Shown here in pieces: positions 14,243 through 25,371 of a stretch of 64,000 bases of DNA. The DNA is from Octopus sinensis (Eukaryota). The stretch is from contig NC_043022.1 of NCBI RefSeq assembly GCF_006345805.1, forward strand, positions 8,680,001 through 8,744,000. The letters run 5' to 3'. Positions within the stretch are counted from its first letter, which is position 1. Each line of letters starts with the position of its first letter. Position numbers and translations under genes: made by a program. Under the pieces are notes generated by a model, which was given only the letters and a program-made list of their open reading frames with translations, made no database searches and was not told the origin of the DNA.

Positions 14243-14985
14243 TCTACAGTTTGAGTAACTTTCAATGCCAAAGTTTGGTAGAAGGATTTCCAGGATTTTC
14301 CAGATGTATATCACTGCATATCCCTCTCGCCTTCATTCCAGGGAGAAGAGTTTTAATTCTTTCAATCTTTCCCAGTAGTTGATACGTTGCATCAAGACAA
14401 TTTTCTTAGTGTAGCTTCGTTGGATTGCTTCGAGTTCCACCATGGATTTTATATCGTACTGTGACCATTGTTCGGAGCAGGTGAGAACGTGTGTTCTCCA
14501 AATGATCATCAATGTCTCCTTTTCTCTTGCTTTGGAAGTTTGGAGGATCCATCCAGCCAGCTGTCTGCATTTTATTACCAAATTGGTAATATGCACTTGG
14601 AAAGATGCATCATTGCTCATGTTAATGCCCAGGTAACACACTGATTTTGATTCAGGGATTTCAGTTCCTTCTGGGTCAATATATCCTGTCTTCATGTCAT
14701 ATAGTTTTATGTACAAGTAGCATAGGGCCTGGAATTTTCCTGCATTAAACTGCATGTTGTTGTCCTCAGTCCACCTATATATTGCATCCAACTGTCATTG
14801 CAGATGTGCAATATTTCCAGGATTTTGTATTGTCTGAGAGACTTTTGTGTCGTCTGCATAGCTAGCAAGGGTGGCTATCTGAGCAGCTGAGGGTATGTCT
14901 GAGAGAGCCACTATGAATATCAGTGGCCCCCAGACAATGCCCTGTGGAACACCATCTGCTATTTGTGTTTCCTTGGAGGTGGCTA
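14243..14985 (-). mobile_element. CR1-clade LINE reverse transcriptase fragment (degraded, stops)
   Basis: Minus translation gives DGVPQGIVWGPLIF...SYADDTKV...LQ*QLDAIYRWTEDNNMQFNAGKFQ...YLGINMSNDASF...LEAIQRSYTKKI...[16 protein letters not shown], typical CR1/L2 RT motifs. Confidence 0.9.
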
Positions 14986-15778
14986 ATGGTTTTAGTATAT
15001 ATATTTTTTAGTTTTGCAGTCAAAAGGTGTTTTTTTTTGGAGCATAAGAAAAAAGTGGTATTTAACTAACCTGGATCTAGTTTTGCTGAATTCAGCTTCA
15101 CAAAGTTTGATGTAATTTGTTCATATTTTTCCACCACCCCCCACTACACACACATATATATAGAGAGGCAATTAAGCTGATAAACAAATTAGACACATCA
15201 AATATATTAAATCAAACACAAAATATGTATATATGTATACAGGCAAAACGAGAGAAAGCAAACGGCTGAAACTTTCAGGTGTTAATTTTTATGTATAAAT
15301 ATATGAATATTTATATTAATAGGTCCAACTTACACAGAGTACAAATGACAGAGAAAATTTCTCTCTCATTCTCTGTGTAAATTGGACCTATTTACTATTA
15401 ATATAATTATCTATATATTTATACGTAAAAATTCATCATTTGAAAGTTTCCACCTTTTGCTTTCTCTTGTCTTGCATGTATACATATATACATATTTTGT
15501 ATTTGAGGCATTTAATATATTTGATGTGTCTAATTTGTTTGTCTGCATAATTGCCACTATACCCACTCAACTTGATCTTTCTTATAACCTTTCTTCACCT
15601 TGTGGAATTATTGCCTATAAAGACATCAGAGTCTCTTTTGACCACTACTAATGGTTTTCTAAACAGAGAATCTCTGAATCTCATCTGTGAGCTACATGAT
15701 GATGATAAACCACTATATGGATCCTTTGGATGCTAAAAATAGATGTCAAACCTTCTTTATATATATATATATATATAT

Positions 15779-16065
15779 ATGAGATGCATTCCAGGAGTTT
15801 TCAGACTTTTTCAGAAGAAACATTTATTAATTTCAAAGAAGTACAAAACTCAAATCTCCTTCATTGTAGAATCTTCTGACTTCAATGCACTTGTAGCACT
15901 CCATCTAGTTTGTGAAAGTGTTATGGAACTATGGAAGTCCTCCAAAAGTGAAAGCGTCTTAGAGCCTTGTGACAACCACCTTCATTTTCTGAATATCTTC
16001 AAAGCAACTGCTCCTGAGGTTCTCCTTCAGCTTAGGGGATAACCAAATGTCAGAAGAAGCAAGTT
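15779..16065 (-). mobile_element. Mariner transposon 3' fragment with right TIR abutting (TA)n
   Basis: Minus translation LASSDIWLSPKLKENLRSSCFEDIQKMKVVVTR resembles mariner DLAPxDFWLFPKLKENLRGxRFEDIEEMK. TIR-like ATGAGATGCATTCCAGGAGTTTTCAGACT follows a TA run. Confidence 0.8.
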
Positions 16066-16954
16066 GGCAGTCTTTGCTGTATGATTGGTGTGGTTGTGCA
16101 GAATTTACTACTATGTGGAATGCTTTTGCACTTCAGTGGTTATATATATTTGGAAAGTGAAGTATCATTTTCTTTTGTATTTGAGTTACAAAATGTGTGT
16201 GTTGGTGTCAACCTTATTTGAACTCATTAGCAGTTAAACATATAAGGCTGACATTGATGTTGGTGGTAACTGTTGCACAATACTTTGTAATACTAATGTG
16301 GAAATTTCTGTTTAGAGAATAGGATGAAGGGATGTCTCAATTGCAGTCTGTTGGGCTGGGTGTATGGTTTAGATTTTCATATTTAGATAATTATAAATGG
16401 ATCCAATAAGCTTATTTTTAAATTACAAGTTGTAGAATATAATATTTTCACATGGTGCTTCTTTATCAACTTGTTTGGTTAAGGTGGAAGGGTTTTTGAA
16501 GTATTTTGAAGAAAAAGCTAGTTTTAGGTATAAAGATTTTTCGTTGACAAGTGGATTAACCCAGATAAGCTTTCCCAGTTTATTCCTTTTCATATTTTTT
16601 TTCTTTTATATATATCTGTGTGCATATATTTATATTCATAAATATACATGTGTATTCTCATGTATTTGATCTGATGAGCTAGTTTTATCTATTATGCATC
16701 TATAAGTAAATATTCAATTGTACGGTATAATGCAATGCTAAAAACACATTAATTTAAAATGTACATGTATAATTTGGAATGTTGAAATTAATAATACTAC
16801 ATGGAGAAGATTACAAAACAGTTGTAATCATATGGAAATCATATGTAAATAATAAATCTGTATTCACTTCTCATACCTGCTGATTTTATGATAATATACA
16901 TCTAAAAAATATATGCTGTCAATAAGGTGAAAGTAATGAGTATAACAACAAATT

Positions 16955-17299
16955 TGGGGTGCAGGTAGGGGTTCACCAAGGATTTATTCTTAGCTCCTTC
17001 TTGTTTATCATAATAGAAGTATTCAAAACTGGTTGCCCATAGGAGCTCCTCTATGCTTATGACCTTGTTCTTATAGCTGCATCTATTGTAGAATAGAAGA
17101 GATTTCAGGTGTAGAAGTGATAAATGGAATCAAAGGTCCTTAGAGTTAATTTAGCACAGACCAAAGCATTAGAAAGCAGAAAAGCAGACAAATTACTAAT
17201 TCCTTCAGTGAAATGGCCCTGCTCAATATGTACAAAACATGTAGCTACAAATTCCATACAGTGTACTCAGTGCAAGCTATGGACACATAAGAGATGCAG
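16955..17299 (+). mobile_element. RTE-clade LINE RT fragment with PHD-like Cys cluster
   Basis: VGVHQGFILSSFLF..FKTGCP*ELLYAYDLVL..MESKVLRVNLAQTK..KWPCSICTKHVATNSIQCTQCKLWTHKRC: decayed GVHQG/YADD motifs and the CxxC..CxxC..HKRC region of this RTE subgroup. Confidence 0.85.
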
Positions 17300-17706
17300 G
17301 GGATTCGTGTATGAGTCCAATATTCCCTATCTGTTTTGGTTTCCTTCCAGAGTTTGGTTTCGACAAGAAAGTTTTTTTCCCTCTTTCTCAAAGACTGTCA
17401 TTACTTTTGAGAAAGTACTTCTTGATGCACCAAACATTTCAGCTGTTTTCATTATGCTAGTGCCTGCCATACAAGCACCAACAATTTGACCTCTTTGAAA
17501 GCCCAATAGATCTGTCATTTTAATGAATTTTAATTACCTTTTTCTGATGTATCTGAAAAGAAACGGCTATTTTAGCAAAACATATTAAGCAACACTAATA
17601 ATAAATCAAAAAATATAAAAATAAACAAGCTTTTAATGGTGTTATAGATATTTCAAAATGATGATGCTATGATGTTAGGTGTTTCCATTAATTTGTCCAA
17701 CCCCTG
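17300..17706 (-). mobile_element. Tc1-like DNA transposon 5' fragment (left TIR and transposase HTH N-terminus)
   Basis: Minus strand TA|CAGGGGTTGGACAAATTAATGGAAACACC TIR ends at 17706 with TA at 17707-8. ORF 17327-17518 MTDLLGFQRGQIVGACMAGTSIMKTAEMFGASRSTFSKVMTVFEKEGK is a Tc1 transposase N-terminus. Confidence 0.9.
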
Positions 17707-17765
17707 TATATGTGGGTGGATGTATCTTTGTATATATCAATAAATGTATATGCATATGTGTATAA

Positions 17766-18070
17766 GTGGAGGCGCAATGGCCCAGTGGTTAGGGCAGCGG
17801 ACGCACGGTTGGAGGATCGCGGTTTCGATTCCTAGAAAGGGCGTTGTGTGCGTTTATTGAGCAAAAACACCAACAGCTCCACGAGGCTCCGGCAGGAAGT
17901 GGTGGTGATCCCTGCTGTGCTCTTTCACCACAACTTTCTCTCACTCATTCTTCTGTTGGCCTGCTCGCTTAGCCAGTGGGGTGGCTTCATTTGAAGGCTA
18001 AAACAATGCGAAGTGCATTGTGACCAGCGATGTGTAGCAACATCTGATAGCCTGGTCGGTCATGGTGATC
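17766..18070 (+). mobile_element. tRNA-headed SINE family B, full length
   Basis: GTGGAGGCGCAATGGCCCAGTGGTTAG (A box), GGTTTCGATTCC (B box); second copy at 61096-61386. Confidence 0.85.
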
Positions 18071-18095
18071 ATGGTGATATGTGTATAAATGAACA

Positions 18096-18330
18096 TCACC
18101 ATCATCATAATCATTTAATGTTAGCTTTCCATGCTGGCATGGGTTGGAACAGCTTGACAGGAACCAGAAAGGCCAGGGCCCACACCAGGTTCCAGAGTCT
18201 GTTTTTCTATGGCTGGATGCCCTTCCTACAGACACTACTGGGTGTCTTGGATGCTTTTTACATAGCACCGTCACCAGTGCCTTTTACTTGGCACTAGTAC
18301 CAGTTTGTGTGTCTGCGCAGTATGATTTTC
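18096..18330 (-). mobile_element. RTE 3'UTR fragment
   Basis: CATCATAATCATTTAATGTTAGCTTTCCATGCTGGCATGGGTTGG..GGCTGGATGCCCTTCC. Confidence 0.7.
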
Positions 18331-18487
18331 AATTAGCAATCTTTGTATCATAATTAAAGCAAATACATCATGGAAAGCCAAATTAAATTCAGTATTCATC
18401 CATAGATAATATCTGTAATGGATGTACTGTGTTAATACCACAAAAATATATCATTAAAGACAAAAATCTTCCAGCAGTCATGGCAAG

Positions 18488-18534
18488 CATGTTAGATGTG
18501 CATTTCTGCTCTTTTGAGCTTCATCAGTAACATG
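18488..18534 (-). ncRNA. Minimal type-I hammerhead ribozyme motif (near canonical)
   Basis: Minus strand reads CATGTTA-CTGATGA-A-GCTC-AAAA-GAGC-A-GAAA-TG-CA-CA-TC-TAACATG: stem I CATGTTA/TAACATG, core CUGAUGA, stem II GCUC/GAGC, GAAA, stem III AUG/CAU, AUC triplet. Only deviation is an unpaired A on each side of stem II. Confidence 0.8.
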
Positions 18535-19725
18535 TACCTGCTGGCAACAACATGTTATGACAAAATCCATTGCCATTGACATAGAGAAACACTGATCTTA
18601 TGATTAACCAGCTGAATAAAAATACATTTAATGCAACAAAAGCCATCTTAGATTAAATCAGCAGTCTATGTATTAGTTTCCTGACATGAAATTTTTGTGT
18701 CTCATCAGACAGGTGTATTTCAATAGAATATGGCAACCAAATGAACTACATTACTTTCACATAAAGAAAATGCTAGTAGTCACCCTTGTTAGGCTGCAGT
18801 CATTCAGATGAAATTAATATCAAGTACTATTTCTTTCTTTCACTACTTTTATTATTATATATAACTATGTACAAATCTGTATGAGTTAGACCATATCCCC
18901 ACTTTTCTCTCTCTCTCTCTCTCCCCACACAGACACACGCACACAAGCATTATTTGCTCTTCTCCACATTTTGTCTCCTTTGACTTATTTACTTTCCTAT
19001 CTCCCTTTTTGCCCCAAATTGCTGCCATCATATCTGTTTTCTGTCTATCTATCTATCTATCTGTCTGTCTTATAACACACTCACTCTCTCCCTTTCCTTC
19101 CTTTTCTTACTCCCCACCTCTCATACACACACTCATGTTTGTAAATATTTCTATTGGAATTATAAAATTAAGTTTACTCTCCTCTGCTTTTTCACTTTCT
19201 CTTACTCTCCCCTATTCTCTCCCTTTTCCTCAGTTTACTTCTCTATTACTCTCTTCCTCCCCCTCTCTATCTATGTACCTTTCTTGCTTTGTTACCCAAC
19301 CTTTCACAAAAAAACCCACCAAAAAAATATTCTTACTTTTGTTTTCTCAGAAGAGAATAAAATAAAACAAAATTCTCCCTCCATTTCATTTTCGTCTCAA
19401 CACCAAGCCACTATTTTTAAAAGTAAGCTAAATAATTCTACAACTCCCAACAAACGCATAAAATAAAACAATAAAACGTTACAAAATAATAAAAAAATTT
19501 ATTAAATTTGATGAAAGTATCATATACATTGCATTTGATAAATTTAGTTTCTTTTTTTTATTACTTGGCTGAATGAGAAGAAACTATAAAATTATTTTTT
19601 TGGTAGGGGAGGAAAAATTTTATAAACACGCATGAAAAATAAAAAGAAATTTAATAGTAGTTACGTGATTATTTTATGAAAAGCTTATTTTTCCTAAAGG
19701 CTAAAATGATATATATACTATATAG

Positions 19726-19766
<41 letters not shown>

Positions 19767-20073
19767 TGTGTGTGTGTATTTGTGTTTTACATTTATATTA
19801 TATATGCATGTGTGTGTAAATATATATGTATGTACCATTATATGTACATGTTGGTGTGTGTGTGTGTGTGTATATATACATACACACACACATATATACA
19901 GTTCCAGAAATGGTGTTAATGGTTGGACTGTTCTAATTTCAAGAAGCTGCTGTCACAAATAATACAGTTTCATTCTTTTTTGTTCTTTAATATAAAAATA
20001 AATCATTATTTCATTCATCCAGTTTAAAAATCATTCCAGTAAAGAAGATGATAATAATAATAGTTTTAATTTG

Positions 20074-20109
<36 letters not shown>

Positions 20110-20110
<1 letters not shown>

Positions 20111-20310
20111 CATCATCATCGTTTAGCATCTGCCTTCCATGCTGGCATGACTTGGACGATTTGACAGAAACTGGCCAGACAGAAGACTGCACCACACTTC
20201 TGTGTCTGTTTTGGCATGGGTTTTTTCTGCTGGATGCTCTTCCAAGTGCCAACCACTTTTCAGTGTGGACTGGATGCTTTTTACATAGCACCAGCACTGG
20301 CAAGTTCACT
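20110..20310 (-). mobile_element. RTE 3'UTR fragment
   Basis: CATCATCATCGTTTAGCATCTGCCTTCCATGCTGGCATG..CTGGATGCTCTTCCAAGTGCCAACCAC. Confidence 0.7.
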
Positions 20311-20555
20311 AAGTAACTTAGAAGACAAAGATTCTCTGAGAGGACAGAGGGCATTGGAGGGGGTTATTTTGTGTCAGTTGATGAAAGATTATAGTGTATG
20401 TGTGTATGTATGTATGCATGCACACACAAGCACACACACACACATACCTGGGTATGTGGTAGTAAACCGGAAAAGGAGTACTCAATATCTTGATAGAATA
20501 TAGTAATCTGTTTGAATTAGTTAGTTGTTACTCTGGGATTCCCTTGGAGCACTAG

Positions 20556-21204
20556 TTACCTCCGCCAAGGAAGGAGGTTATGTTTTCATCGGTGTTGGTT
20601 TGTCCGTCTGTCCATCTGTGTGCAAAATAACTCAAAAAGTTGTGTATGATATTTAATGAAACTTGCAGGAAAAGTTAGTAATGACACAAGGAACAGATGA
20701 TGAAATTTTGGCAGTGTTCCATGAATTTTTATGAATTCTTGACGGATTTTTCATTTGTTATATTTACTTTACATGAAGTATTACAATGTTACATTCTTTG
20801 ATTATCTCCCTTGAAAACATGTTCATCGTTTCCACATAACTTCTGGTGGCATTTCTGTTTCCAAAGTTTATTTACGTTTCTCTGTTAGTAATTTTACTCG
20901 TGTATCTATCTTAAAATGAGCTGCTTAGTGGAGGTCTGCGGACGATGACATGACAAGCCTTGACTATTGGGATCGACTCAAAAATCTCAGGCTTTGCTCT
21001 CTCCACCACTGCTATGAAACTAGCTTGCTGTTGTCATTGATGTATTATAACTGCTTCAGATGATTCCTGTTTTTAAAGGTTTTTTCTTTTTAAAGGTTAT
21101 TTTTCTTAACCCTGCCAAGGAAGTTATGATTTTCAGCATGCGTTTATGTGGGTGGAAATGAGCTGCTTGGTGGAGCTCTGCACTCACAGAGTGCTTTTCT
21201 GGTT
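20556..21204 (+). mobile_element. Helentron-associated (HINE/DINE-1-like) element, with a second short internal-deletion copy at about 21105-21204
   Basis: 5' TTACCTCCGCCAAGG..GGAGGTTATGTTTTCA, TGTCCGTCTGTCCATCTG microsatellite, subTIR complement TAGTGGAGG/TGGTGGAGC, 3' hairpin GCACTC-ACA-GAGTGC then TTTTCTGGTT. Confidence 0.65.
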
Positions 21205-21304
21205 TAGTAAGCAGTTTCTTCACTGATTCAATCAGTCATTGAAAATGTTTAATATACTAGTAATTTGAGATACAACATAGGAACAAGCAACTGTTCAAAG
21301 TGAT

Positions 21305-22248
21305 ATATATATATATATGTGGTGTGTATGTGTGTGTGTGTATGCTATACACATAAAGTAGTGAGTTAGCAGAATCATAAGTACATGAGAGAAAATGATT
21401 AGCTGCATTTCTTCTGGCTCTTTACGTTCTGAGTTCCATTCCTGTCAAAGTCATCTTTGCCTTTTATGACTTTCGGTTCTGTAAAAAAATAAAATAATAA
21501 AAGACAAGTACTGTGGACAATGTAATCAATTTGTCCCCCTTCTCTCAAAACTTGATGGCCTTGAACTCTGTGAAGGACCAACATCCGATTCAGTGGAATA
21601 TTGTAATCTTGGTCATATATGTGTTGTAGATACCAGGTAACTAGCTTTATGATACCAAGATTCAAGAGAAAAACAAATATATATGAGCAGTAAAAAAATA
21701 TAGTCTCAGAGAATTGTGCAGCTATCACAGAAAGCTCATCTTAGTAATCAATTACAAAGTAGTACAATATCAAGTATCCATGCGACTAAAAAGCCAAGTG
21801 ATAAAGTTATTCAGTGAGGAGTATATAAAATATAAGGTCAGGAGTTTGAGAGAAGAATATAAGTTTATTGAACAACGTGACTTCCATAGGCTTACGGATG
21901 TTTCACAACCTTCTTCATGTTGTATTAATTTCAGTTTGGAAAAAATTATGCATACATGTTTGCATTAGTATGTATGCTCTGTATTGTACAATACAATAGT
22001 ATATACACAAATTAATGCAAATTGCGAAGGCTAGCTCATCAGATCATAGGAATATCTTGATTATATCAACAGTTCAACTCTGTAACCATGATTTTCTGGT
22101 GATGTTGTGAGCTAGCCTTCTCTACTTGCCTTAATTTGAGTGTATTCATTTGTATTGTATAATGCAGAGCATACATATTTATGCAAACCTGTGCACATAA
22201 TTTCTTGCTTACTGAAATTCATACTACATGAAGAAGGCTGCAAAACAG

Positions 22249-22345
<97 letters not shown>

Positions 22346-22409
22346 TGTGTGTGTGTGGTGTGTGTGTGTGTGTGTGTGTGTACACACATATATACATATG
22401 TGTATATAT

Positions 22410-22447
<38 letters not shown>

Positions 22448-23401
22448 GCATGTATATATATATATATATGTGGTGTGTATGTGTGTGTGTGTATGCTATA
22501 CACATAAAGTAGTGAGTTAGCAGAATCATAAGTACATGAGAGAAAATGATTAGCTGCATTTCTTCTGGCTCTTTACGTTCTGAGTTCCATTCCTGTCAAA
22601 GTCATCTTTGCCTTTTATGACTTTCGGTTCTGTAAAAAAATAAAATAATAAAAGACAAGTACTGTGGACAATGTAATCAATTTGTCCCCCTTCTCTCAAA
22701 ACTTGATGGCCTTGAACTCTGTGAAGGACCAACATCCGATTCAGTGGAATATTGTAATCTTGGTCATATATGTGTTGTAGATACCAGGTAACTAGCTTTA
22801 TGATACCAAGATTCAAGAGAAAAACAAATATATATGAGCAGTAAAAAAATATAGTCTCAGAGAATTGTGCAGCTATCACAGAAAGCTCATCTTAGTAATC
22901 AATTACAAAGTAGTACAATATCAAGTATCCATGCGACTAAAAAGCCAAGTGATAAAGTTATTCAGTGAGGAGTATATAAAATATAAGGTCAGGAGTTTGA
23001 GAGAAGAATATAAGTTTATTGAACAACGTGACTTCCATAGGCTTACGGATGTTTCACAACCTTCTTCATGTTGTATTAATTTCAGTTTGGAAGAAATTAT
23101 GCATACATGTTTGCATTAGTATGTATGCTCTGTATTGTACAATACAATAGTATATACACAAATTAATGCAAATTGCGAAGGCTAGCTCATCAGATCATAG
23201 GAATATCTTGATTATATCAACAGTTCAACTCTGTAACCATGATTTTCTGGTGATGTTGTGAGCTAGCCTTCTCTACTTGCCTTAATTTGAGTGTATTCAT
23301 TTGTATTGTATAATGCAGAGCATACATATTTATGCAAACCTGTGCACATAATTTCTTGCTTACTGAAATTCATACTACATGAAGAAGGCTGCAAAACAGT
23401 C

Positions 23402-23436
<35 letters not shown>

Positions 23437-23450
23437 ATATATATAATATA

Positions 23451-23497
<47 letters not shown>

Positions 23498-23610
23498 TGT
23501 GTGTGTGTGTGTGTGTGTGGTGTGTGTGTGTGTACACACATATATACATATGTGTATATATATATATGTGTGTGTATATATATATGTGTGTGTATATATA
23601 TATATGCATG
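21305..23610. repeat. Near-perfect 1151-bp tandem duplication with breakpoints in (TA)/(TG) tracts
   Basis: Identical ORFs at 21399/22550 and 21714/22865 (offset 1151). One visible substitution (GGAAAAAATT vs GGAAGAAATT) outside the microsatellites. Confidence 0.92.
21897..22250. repeat. Long imperfect inverted repeat (about 142-bp arms, about 69-bp spacer); duplicated at 23048-23401
   Basis: CCTTCTTCATGT..AATTTCAGT..GTATGCTCTG..TACAATACAA..GAAGGCTAGCTCA (to 22038) versus TGAGCTAGCCTTC..TTGTATTGTA..CAGAGCATAC..ACTGAAATT..ACATGAAGAAGG (from 22108). Confidence 0.85.
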
Positions 23611-23645
23611 TATATATATATATATGTGTGTGTATATATATATGC

Positions 23646-23678
<33 letters not shown>

Positions 23679-23680
<2 letters not shown>

Positions 23681-23790
23681 TATGTATATAGATATATACA
23701 TATGTATATAGATATAAACATATGTATATAGATATAAACATATGTATATAGATATAAACATATGTATATAGATATAAACATATGTATATA
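23679..23790. repeat. 20-bp minisatellite x5.5
   Basis: CATATGTATATAGATATA(A/T)A repeated from 23679. Confidence 0.85.
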
Positions 23791-23881
23791 TATATATATG
23801 TATATATATATTTATATGTATATATATATATTTATATGTATATATATATATTATATATATATATATGTAAATATACATATG

Positions 23882-23967
<86 letters not shown>

Positions 23968-24384
23968 CGTGTGTGTGTGTAACAATAAATATCATTTTTA
24001 TGTATGCATGAACATACAAATACCAATGCAAATGGATATGTTCTACACTCATACATATCTATTTGCGAACATGAAAACAATTTTTTTCAAAGTATATATT
24101 TTAAAAACTATGAGTAGGCTCTATATAAATTTTTTCTGTTTTTCTCTCTTAAGGATTTTTCTGTTTTTCTCACTATTCTTTCGTATCTGGTTTGGAAGAA
24201 TTAAATTTGTAACCCTTTTCATCATTTCAAAACATGTTTATTGTCTGATAAAATGCTATTCAGTGGCAGTTATTTTGTTGTTTGATTATGTAATGAAATC
24301 ACTGGAGAAATATTGTGTGTATGTCCCATTCATTATTACCAGGTTTTAAATGTTTTAACTGTTAAGATGGCACAATTATTAAAT

Positions 24385-24894
24385 TGTCAGAAAGAATACC
24401 CTCCATCAGGCATTTGCCATATTCTGAATGCCTTACTTCCCTGGGCATGGACATATTGAAACTCCGATGTCTGGCAGCTGACTTGGCAGACACCCATAAA
24501 ATTATTAACCATCTTACAAACAATAACTCTGAGCACCTTTTCAAACTCCACCTGTCTAACACCCGTGGACATATTTACAAAGTCAGAAAACAGCACAGCT
24601 CCCATGACTTTAGGAAGCATTTTTACATGCTGAGAGTTGCTGAAGCATGGAACAGACTGCCGGCATCAGTTGTTAGTTGTTGGAGCACTGCATCCTTCAA
24701 AACTTCCATGCTTTCTGAGATTCGCTGACACTATGCCTCATTTTCTCCCCTCCATACACAGACAAGCATGTATCTGACTCGTACATTGTTCGCTTTCCAG
24801 ACATTTGTACATTACTGCATATACTTTATACGCACTTTCTGACAAGTCGTGGTGCACCTGAGCACTGTATACAATAATTTCATTCTTATTATTT
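24385..24894 (+). mobile_element. CR1-clade LINE 3' end (ORF2 C-terminus, 3'UTR and ATT-type tail), 5'-truncated
   Basis: ORF 24384-24728 RIPSIRHLPYSECLTSLGMDILKLR...NTRGHIYKVRKQHSSHDFRKHF...RVAEAWNRLPASVV is the canonical CR1 C-terminus; ends CATTCTTATTATT. Confidence 0.9.
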
Positions 24895-25371
24895 ATAATA
24901 TTTTGCTCTGTTTATTTACTTTGATTTTCATCCTTTTGGAGTTGACAAAATAATGTACTGCTCAAGTATTTTTTTTTTGAGCCTTAGTACTCAGAAAGCT
25001 GGTTACTCAATTTGCCTGGCCTGTACATGACAAAGATCATGACATTCCCGCGAACAGAACACCAGTCCATTGTAGGGTTGAAGGCCAACAATTTTACTGG
25101 GATGGGACAAGTTGATTACATCAACCCCAGTCCTTCACAAGGGAAGAAAGGCAAAGTTGACCTCAGAAGGATTTGAACTTGAAATGTAAGGAACTGGAAG
25201 AAATACTGCTAAGCATTTTGACCAATATGCTAATTGTTTCACCAAGTTGTCTCCTTACCACTTAATAAATTGAATCTATGATACTGGTGTCCCCCTAACT
25301 TCTTTAAGGAAGAAACTTTTGATAAAAATCCCTGCTTGCAAACAAACCTGGGTACTAATACCTCTGGAACT

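Noticed and set aside
15551-15736. ORF ending ..DDDKPLYGSFGC, superficially like the forkhead start KPPYSY
   Set aside because: Hits a stop after a few codons, lacks the following helix-1 residues and has no donor site.
17766-17835. tRNA-like sequences at SINE heads (also about 11745-11809, 31342-31410, 61096-61150)
   Set aside because: A/B boxes are present but there is no complete cloverleaf, and each continues into a SINE body; not tRNA genes.
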